64,000 nucleotides of DNA from positions 1 through 64,000 of the forward strand of contig JAANOX010000037.1 of the NCBI GenBank assembly GCA_020184695.1, written 5' to 3'. Positions 55,691-64,000 of this stretch are shown here, piece by piece. Position 1 is the stretch's first letter, and the number at the start of each line of letters is the position of its first letter. The translations under genes and the position numbers were made by a program. Source of the DNA: Histomonas meleagridis 2922-C6/04-290x. Taxonomy: Eukaryota; Protista; Parabasalia. Under the pieces are notes generated by a model. The model was not told where the DNA came from and searched no databases. It was given only the letters and a program-made list of their open reading frames with translations.

Positions 55691-56169
55691 ATTTTATATA
55701 TAAAAGGTATATCAAATTTTGGATTTTTATAATAATTGGATGACGTCAAATATTATAAAATAAACTTCACTTATTAATATTATAAAATTTCTTTTCTTGA
55801 GCAAGATAATAATCAACACAGAAAACAATTTGAAATTTTATAACATACTCATTAATTGCTATATTAATCTAAGTAAAAGTTAAAAAAATTTAAATTAAAA
55901 AACATGAGATGAGAGGGTCGTTATTTGATAGTTTTCCAAATGGGCATCGACAAGCCAAAAACCTATTCCACATTACACAAAAAATCTGTGATTACCAAAT
56001 GAAAATTCACTTTATGATGAAAAAAAAAGAAAAAAAAAATTCAATTTTACTCCCTCTATCCAAAAACACAGAAATTTCACACTTATATCTGTTTTACTGA
56101 ATTTTCTTCAAAATTACCATCAATTTTCTCATACATGATTTTTTCGAGTATATAAAAAGAAACTGATCT

Positions 56170-57210
56170 ATATCAAAAAAGTTGATACGTGTAAGGTCGT
56201 TTTTTCTAATGAAGAAGCACCACGCGCAATTTTCCATTCTATTATTGGCTTCCCAAAATGTTGCAACATTTGCCCATGGGCCCGATTCATATATTGGTAA
56301 TGAATCCTTCAATAAGTCAGGTAATCCTATCCTAAGTACCCGATTGAACATGGTTTTGTTACAAACTGGGATTTTATGGAAAAGATATGCCTTGACTTCT
56401 ACAAAGAATTACGTGTTGATCCAGCAGAGCACGCAGTTCTTCTTACAGAAGTTCCAAAGAATCCAAAAGCCAATCGTGAAAAGATGTACGCAACCTCTTC
56501 TTTCCCTTTATTCATCAAATTGTGTCACTGGTGTTGTTCTAGAGTCAGGCGATGGTGCTTCTTACGCAGTTCCAATTTACGAAGGTTACTCTTTCCCGCA
56601 CGCCACTAAGCGTTTCAATATTGCAGGTCGTGACATTACGTTGTATCTCCAAAAGATCCTTAACCAACGTGGTCACGAATTGATTACATCCAACGAAAGG
56701 AAAATTGTTCGTGATATCAAAGAAATCTTTGCATACGTTTCACTTGATTATGATGAAGAACTTGCAAAATCAGAAACAACATCAGAATGTGATATCTCAT
56801 ACGCACTTCCAAATGGTGACGTCATCAGCATTGGAAATGAGCGCTTCAGATGTACAGAACTTCTTTTTTAGCCACATTTTGGAGGATTTGACTTCGACGG
56901 CATTGATAAATGTCTTTTTGCATCAATTATGGAATGCGGCGCTGATGTCCGCAAGGATCTCTTTGGGAACATTCTTCTATCAGGCGGCAACACGATGTTT
57001 GAAGGACTTGCAGAACGTATCGAGAACGAAATGCTTAATCTTGCACCAACTACGATGAAGATCAAAGTTGTTTCACCACCAGATCGCAAATATTCTGCGT
57101 GGATTGGCGGACGTAAACTTGCGTCACTCTCTACATTCCCACAGATGGTTATAACGTGTGAAGAATACGATGAATTCGGACCGGGAATTGTTCATAGTAA
57201 GTGTTTCTAA
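56170..57210 (+). pseudogene. Actin pseudogene
   Basis: Actin homology is spread over three frames (frame breaks in ~56250-56345 and near 56490); a ~17-aa segment ([17 protein letters not shown]) is missing; in-frame TAG at 56869-56871; ends [10 protein letters not shown]. Confidence 0.9.
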
Positions 57211-57844
57211 ATGTTTTTATATTCGGAATTTTCATTCATTTATCAATTTACACCAACAAATTTTGAAAAGAATTTTGTTATAAACCGAATTTTGTATCTC
57301 TCAAAGAAGTTTTTGAATGAATATAACACATAGTCAACCGAATTTTGCACTGAATTTTGTGTTTTATTTTGTATTTCATTATCCAACAGCGTATGATGTT
57401 TCTGCTATCCATATATATATTAATATTATATTTGGTCGACATGTAGTCTATTATCATAAGCAAAAACCAAATTACAATAAATTCAAGCAATTTTGTCCAC
57501 AATGCGTTTGCGTATATAATAATAAAAAAATAAATACATGTCGTTCTGATGTTATTCCTAAGAAAGCTATGCTTAAATGGGAAGAAGACAAAATTCAAAA
57601 TCTAATCGCATCACAAACATATGAATTTTATTTACGGATCATGTACTATTATACCTATTCAGACAAACAAAACTTTACATTAAAAATGAAATATCATACT
57701 TCGATATATAACAATTTTGATACTTTAATTTCTTCTAAACTAATGAATCAATATCATCTGAGCACTATTTTTTATATCTCTTTTATTATATTGTTTTATT
57801 TATTGTTTAATAATCTGTTCCATAAACTCAAGGAACGAAAGAAA

Positions 57845-59706
57845 ATAATTTTTATTGTTTCAGTTTTATTTTTTGCATGTTCAAATGAATTATATGATGA
57901 AACAACCGAAACACTTACGATCGCAAATTCAGATGAATTTAACTCGATATATAAAGCAAAAGCTATACATATTATCATTGAAGATGGAATCGATAAAATT
58001 CCAAATGAAGCATTTTCACAATGGTCAAAACTAAATACAATAAAAATCGGAAATGACGTAACATCAATTGGATCATATTCATTTAGATCATGTTACAATT
58101 TAAAGAGTGTTATACTTCCTAATTCATTAATAACAATTGGTTCATATGCATTTTATTTATGCTCTGATTTAAGTTCTATTTCATTTGGTGATAATTTACT
58201 AACTATTTCTATGCATGCTTTTAATTATTGTTCATCATTACGAAACATAACAATTCCAAAATCAGTCATTACAATAGGAACAGCAGCGTTTTCATCATGT
58301 TCTAATCTTGAGTTCATTAAAGTTCATGAAGAGAATACTAAATTTTCGAATTATGAAAATTTGTTAATTCTTTGTGATAAAGATATCACTAAAATTATTT
58401 GTTGTCCATCACAAATAGTAAATGAGACATTTGAATTTCCTAACACAGTTACATCATTAGAAGATGGATCATTTTCAGAATGTTCTAAGTTAACTTATAT
58501 TAAATTCCCGAACACGATTATTTCGATTGGACAAAATGTATTTCTTTCATGTAAAAATTTAGTTACTGTAATCATTGGTGAGAATATGAAAACAATTGGA
58601 ATTTTTGCATTTCAAAATTGTTATAAATTAGATAATATTATAATATCGAAATCAGTAACAACGATTTATCATAATCCATTTTTACGATGTCGAAACTTGA
58701 AATATATTAATGTTTCTCTTGATAATAATAACTTTATAAGTATTAATGGAATATTATATGATAAACATGTTACAAATTTAATTAGTTATCCAATTGGAAT
58801 TCAAGATAAAACATTTGAAATACCTTCAACAGTAACTTCAATTGATTCTCATGCATTTTCATCATGTACTTCGTTGTATGAAATTATAATTTCAGATTCA
58901 GTCATTTCAATTGAATCAAATGCATTTGATTCATGTTCAAATTTAGAAACATTAATTATTGGAAAAAATGTTACAGATATTAAAAGTTATTCATTCCAAT
59001 CATGTTATAAATTAAAGTGCATATATTTTTATGGTGAATCAATGCCTAACATTGCACAAAATTCATTTTCTAATATTCAAATCAAAGCTGTGATGACATT
59101 GAATATATATAAAGATGAAAAATTCGGTAATTTTAATATATCAAAAGAAACTATAATTGATGAATGTTTACCAAAGACAAATACATTTACAAGTCATTAA
59201 CATTAAATATAAATTACACACATTCATTTACATTGACATATGTTATACGTTATGCTCGATCAATTACTATAACAAATTTATATATAACAAATTCATTTTA
59301 TTTGACTTATGTCGACTCAACTTATAAATATTCGAAAACAGAATTTATATATTATAATTACACAATAATTTATTATTCATTTGTTCATAGTTATTATTCT
59401 AATTTATATTTTATTGTTGAACCTTCTGAACAATTATATAGTAATAACAATGATAATAAAACAATTATATACATTGTAATTGGTGTTGTCACAGCTGCTG
59501 TTGTTATTGTCGTTGTACTGATTGTAGTTTTGATAAATATTAGAAAGATGAAGCAGAATTCGTCTGAAGAAGAGATAATTTCAGATGAATTCCAAAGTGG
59601 AAATCAAATCCAAAATATTTCAACGGAATTCTCAAAAAATAGTAACATCATGGAGGACCCTTTTGCACAGGATTTCAATGAAGATAACACTATTGTTAAG
59701 ATATAA
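57845..59706 (+). CDS. BspA-like LRR surface protein with Thr/Tyr-rich stalk and TM helix; one apparent -1 frameshift
   Basis: TpLRR repeats in 57317..59200; stalk, TM (IIYIVIGVVTAAVVIVVVLIVVLI) and cytoplasmic tail (DPFAQDF) in 59164..59706. Adding one A at 59191-59192 gives TFTKSLTL. Signal-peptide-like IIFIVSVLFFACS starts at ATA 57845; true start uncertain. Confidence 0.75.
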
Positions 59707-60164
59707 TACATCAGAACGTTGTGCTTGAATAAATACTTTGTTTAATGCAAAATTTAACTTTTTTTTTATGAAAATATTATATAAGTGAAATCAATGGAAA
59801 AAAATAATTTAATGTTTCATAACGAATGAATTAGCAATGCTTTTATATCTTCAATTATTATGAATATGTTACGCAATTTTTCGCATAAAGTATATTTACT
59901 TTCATACGATTTTAGATAGACAATCGAAGCTACAACAACTATTCAAGCTATAAACATGATTTCCAAATTGAATTCCTAGAAGTTATTGATTCTTTTGTAG
60001 AGATTTTTGAAGCTGAATATATCACAAGACTCAACACCCTCTCGAGAACACAAATGATAGTTATATATAACCTCAACTTCATTTGATTCAAGATATTTAT
60101 CAAAATAAATTTCGTTTGTTCTTCATTTTGCGCAAAAATTATATTTTGGGATAGTTTTAAATGT

Positions 60165-62015
60165 TTATTCATCTTCATTATATACATATTTATTTAAGAA
60201 CTTAAGCGTCTTTACAGCGACATCTGTTTGTGTACTTTTTCGATTCCACAGTTCTATTCTTGCGTTTTCTTTTGTCTTTTCTATGTTTTTCACTTTTTCA
60301 GGGAAAATTTGACTGAATTCTTCAGTTTTATTCAAATGGAACTTTTGAAAGAAATTTTCAATATCGATTTCATCGTCAAACATTTCGTCTTTTTTGAAAT
60401 TCTCGATTATATATGCGACATTTGCTAAATCTATATTAGGGCACAAACTCTGCTCATCAGCTCCGATCATGTTATCCTCTGGGGAAGAGTTAATGATATT
60501 TGGTACCATAATAATTATATTAACAATTTGTCTTAAATAGTTTAAACTATAATTAAAATGCGCCTCGAATGCAGTCACAAACGAATTCCAAGTTATTGCG
60601 TGGGTGAAAGTGAATCTTAATGGGTTAGATATAATTTTATTAGACATTCTTGCATCCAACAAAGTAATTAATTCCAACAAAAGATAATCATTAATTCCAT
60701 TTGTAAAGTTAAATGCGGATTTAATGTTATTAATAACTTGTCGGAAATCATCGATTAAATGATACACATCGAAATTCGCAGTGGAAAACCGATTTATCAT
60801 TCCATTAAAGTTACGTAAAAGTGGTGTAACAAGTGATTTAGAATCTTCATCAAGAATATTAACCAATTTATCGCAAAACATTTTGGCACGTTCTTCATCA
60901 TTGTTTTCGTTATGGTTTTCATTATATGTTATTAAAAGAGTTAACATCAGCGTTGTAAGAAATTTGGTGTCTTTAGTTTTAATGGGTATTTCTGAATAAT
61001 TATCAAAGAAACAATTAAAAAGTTTCGAAAATTCTTTTTCGTCGTATTTATCTTTTCGAAGAAGTTTCGCTTCAAGAATAGTACTATAGATTGGAAAGAC
61101 TGCAGGTGGATATGGGCAATTATGTGTCGAATCAATATAATTTGGATTTGGGGCTTCAACCCATTCATGTTTAAGAACAGAGGAAATTAACTTAATGTAT
61201 TTTGTGATATTTGATTTCTTCTTTTTTGTTATTTCTTCAATGATTTCTTTTTTCTCTTCTTCTTCTTCTTTTTGTGGCTCTTCGTTTATGATTTCGTGTT
61301 CTTGTTCTGGTTCTGGTGTTGGCTCTTGTTCTGGCGAAGTTTTGGAAGGGACTTCTTCAGCTGTTACATTTGAATCTGTATCGGCGTGTGGCGACCGTTT
61401 ATGTCTGCGGCGTTTGTGGGAACGCTTTGATGATGTCGAAGTATCATCTGCTTGCGTGGCATGAGTGTTGAGGCCATGGATAGAGTTGGCCGACTGATCC
61501 TCGGTGTCGGTTTGATCCCACGCTAAAAGATCTACTTGTTGTGGTTTCTCTTCAGTAAAAGAAACATCGTTCTTGTCAACGGGACTTGCTTTGGAATTAT
61601 TTTCGTTTTGGAAAGTAAATGAAATTGAGAGAATTGGTGCAATTGAACGGGAACTTTCCATCTCAACTTCTTTTTTAATTGTGGTTTTGGAATCAAAGTA
61701 CCTTGAAATATCAAGAGAAAGGCGCCCATAAACTTTGGGTGTTCCAGATGAATTTGGATATCTGTTTAAAAATATTTGAACAATTTTTTGTCGAACTGAG
61801 CCATTGCTTTTGGAAACATACATCGTGCAATGAATTTCAAAACGTGAATTAAAACGGATTATCCCTTTTGAATCAGGAACGCAAACATCAGTTGCACCTT
61901 TATTTTCGCCTCTAATATAATTGATTTTGAATTCACTTTTACTTTCTGTTTTGAGGTTGACAGAATGAACTGTCATTAAAAAGGTCGCCTTTTTCTTTTC
62001 CCATCTTGAAAACAT
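60165..62015 (-). CDS. NT-C2 (EEIG1/EHBP1-type) domain protein with acidic linker and helical C-domain
   Basis: KATFLMTVHSV...YIRGENKGAT...IRFNSRFEIHCTMY...YGRLSLDISRY. Confidence 0.7.
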   Translation of the reverse strand: MFSRWEKKKATFLMTVHSVNLKTESKSEFKINYIRGENKGATDVCVPDSKGIIRFNSRFEIHCTMYVSKSNGSVRQKIVQIFLNRYPNSSGTPKVYGRLSLDISRYFDSKTTIKKEVEMESSRSIAPILSISFTFQNENNSKASPVDKNDVSFTEEKPQQVDLLAWDQTDTEDQSANSIHGLNTHATQADDTSTSSKRSHKRRRHKRSPHADTDSNVTAEEVPSKTSPEQEPTPEPEQEHEIINEEPQKEEEEEKKEIIEEITKKKKSNITKYIKLISSVLKHEWVEAPNPNYIDSTHNCPYPPAVFPIYSTILEAKLLRKDKYDEKEFSKLFNCFFDNYSEIPIKTKDTKFLTTLMLTLLITYNENHNENNDEERAKMFCDKLVNILDEDSKSLVTPLLRNFNGMINRFSTANFDVYHLIDDFRQVINNIKSAFNFTNGINDYLLLELITLLDARMSNKIISNPLRFTFTHAITWNSFVTAFEAHFNYSLNYLRQIVNIIIMVPNIINSSPEDNMIGADEQSLCPNIDLANVAYIIENFKKDEMFDDEIDIENFFQKFHLNKTEEFSQIFPEKVKNIEKTKENARIELWNRKSTQTDVAVKTLKFLNKYVYNEDE

Positions 62016-62274
62016 GTTTTTTTGTTTTTATTTGCGCTTCAACGTTGTGATCGTTGAAGCCGCATTCAAATTTCTGTACAGTTGTGTCAAAACTCGACTT
62101 TTTGTGTTAAAAATTATCGTAGTTCTTCGTTTGGGTTGTAATCGGAATTCCGATTTTTTTTTAGCATATTTTGAATTATAAAAATCAAAAAGAATCATAT
62201 TTCCCATAAACCACAAATTATAGTTTAAGTTGATTGAAAAAAGAAAAAAAATTGATGTGTCTGTTTACTAATTA

Positions 62275-63351
62275 TCATTTTTCTTGATATGGAAGTAGTT
62301 GCGAATCATCTATATTTTGGTTATTATCATATGTTACGCCGAACCTTTCGAAGTTCTCCAAGAAATACAAACTCACCATTGCGTTAAAGGTGCATGATGC
62401 CAAATAAGTAATGAACGAGATGTACATATTTTGATTATCCAATAAGTATAGAAACAACATGTATACCGGAAAGAATTGTTCTGCAAAATAAATGTAATAG
62501 AGGAAAAGTTGGAATTTTTGATATTTAACACCGAACTTAATGTATGTGAACATTAAAACAACAATAATTCCAACAATGAAAATGATCCATCGAACGATGT
62601 TATTAGTTAAAAAAATACAGAAAAGGCTAATCGCTAGAGCAATGATAGGAAATATTAAAAGGAAAATAACTTTTTCGATGTTATTAAATAAATTCGGTAT
62701 TGCTTTGATGATATTATAATTAAGCGAAACAATAAGAAATAAATAAAATGGTATTGAATATACAAAAAGATATTCAATTTGTGTTTCTTTAATATGTCGT
62801 TGATATACAAGGACACTGATTATAAGAAACGTGATAACTTGGAGCAAAACAATAACATATGGAGCGATTTTCAGAAACGTGAATTCCATTCTTTTCCTAT
62901 AATAAAAATAAAGAATAATAGCAGAAGAAATAATCATAAAAACACAAATAGAACATGTGTAAATTATCCAATCTTGACGATAATCAGAACTATTTCCTAA
63001 TATTTGAAACTTGACATGAAGTGGAATATTAATTTCTGTTTCGCAATAATAGTAATTAACATAATGGTATTTCTCTTTTTCAGAAAATAAGATTAAAAAT
63101 GTTGAATGAGTTTTGTTGACTGAAAAACTGTAAGAAGCAAGAGAGCATAAAGGATCCTGATAAGGAATCAAATCAACATCTGCACCAATGTCAACAGATA
63201 TATCAGAAATATTTGGATCTTCAAATGTAAAAGTTGAGGCTAATATAGCATTTTTGCGAAATCCATAATCGCCAAACGTAACTACAGATTTCGCTGCAGA
63301 AAGTTCTTGATCATATTTTAGTATAAGCAAAAATGTGATAGGATTTAGCAT
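62275..63351 (-). CDS. Hypothetical multi-pass membrane protein (lumenal N-domain + ~7 TM)
   Basis: Signal-like MLNPITFLLIL at first ATG 63351; about seven hydrophobic segments in the C-terminal two-thirds. Confidence 0.7.
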   Translation of the reverse strand: MLNPITFLLILKYDQELSAAKSVVTFGDYGFRKNAILASTFTFEDPNISDISVDIGADVDLIPYQDPLCSLASYSFSVNKTHSTFLILFSEKEKYHYVNYYYCETEINIPLHVKFQILGNSSDYRQDWIIYTCSICVFMIISSAIILYFYYRKRMEFTFLKIAPYVIVLLQVITFLIISVLVYQRHIKETQIEYLFVYSIPFYLFLIVSLNYNIIKAIPNLFNNIEKVIFLLIFPIIALAISLFCIFLTNNIVRWIIFIVGIIVVLMFTYIKFGVKYQKFQLFLYYIYFAEQFFPVYMLFLYLLDNQNMYISFITYLASCTFNAMVSLYFLENFERFGVTYDNNQNIDDSQLLPYQEK

Positions 63352-64000
63352 ATATAATTTTGGAAAAAACAAGCATCCAAATGGACGGTTGAACCGATTC
63401 AAAAAAAAAATTCAATGGTATAAAATCTCCTTTTCGATAGAAAATTATATCGTTGTGTTAAAAATTTCAATGTTCATTACATATAGTACCGTCTCTTTGG
63501 TGTGAAAACGTCGCTTTTGTCGCGAAAACACGTCATAGCAACGTTTATTCAAATTTATGTTCAAAAATAGGTGAGCAAACTTATTTCAAATATCTCAATA
63601 AATAATACAGATTTGATTCACTAACCAAATTTAAAGGTACTAACACCTTTTGCACTTTTTCAGAAATTTACATAAAAAAAATTAAAATCTTTTGATAGAC
63701 TAAATATAAGAAAAAATGTTTAATAAATATATATAATATATGCAATTCAATTATTATGAATAAATTTTAAGTCTGAGAATTTGATCAGGTGAGATGTTAT
63801 GCGCACTTTTTCAGATTTTAATTTTTTTCATTGAATTTTAGCTATTTTATAAATTTTTGATGTTTACTCAAAGATACTCTCTGGGAAGTATCCTTTGTTA
63901 ATAAAACCCCAGTTCGTGTTTAATCTTTACTGTGATAGATTGGATTTATCAAAATTAATATTCCAGATCTCAGAAAACTCGAATGAATTTCCAATATTTT

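Noticed and set aside
57317-57844. Long N-terminal extension of the BspA ORF
   Set aside because: Low-complexity AT-rich translation with no homology; the signal-peptide-like segment begins near 57845.
3697-62216. Numerous short ORFs antisense to or out of frame within real genes (e.g. 8100..8537, 42423..42707, 50372..50770)
   Set aside because: Shadow ORFs of genuine coding regions with no independent motifs.
63560-63665. Intron-like words (GTGAG...ACTAAC...TTTTCAG)
   Set aside because: No flanking coding exons, and the branch-to-AG spacing does not match the trichomonad consensus.

Overview
AT-rich eukaryotic DNA from a parabasalid (Trichomonas/Tritrichomonas/Histomonas-like). Evidence: trichomonad-type actin, BspA LRR proteins, DUF3447-ankyrin genes, an IBD protein, TCAY Inr motifs, and no canonical introns found. 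About 25 ordinary genes are present, including Sec7 ARF-GEF, CCT-beta, Myb, MMS19, MON2, CK1, LMBR1, COMMD, Nup96, threonine synthase, a CDK, actin, Tup1-like and NOP16. There are also disrupted paralogues, a MITE-like element, a pogo remnant and two 3'-UTR tandem arrays. Main result: three DUF3447-ankyrin genes (22.2-25.5, 30.6-34.1 and 46.3-49.9 kb) look like pseudogenes but follow a strict hidden grammar. At the beta-hairpin of every ankyrin repeat, the loop residues are isolated single codons, each preceded by a 17-nt (rarely 18-nt) AT-rich spacer without GT-AG ends. Removing about 160 spacers by hand restores continuous frames with textbook loops (KD-ENGK-TAL, KD-RYGW-TAL, KD-KYGE-TAL), and no isolated codon is a stop. 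This points to an undescribed micro-spacer removal system (RNA or DNA level) acting at the ankyrin binding-surface residues. The mechanism is inference and needs transcript or proteome data.
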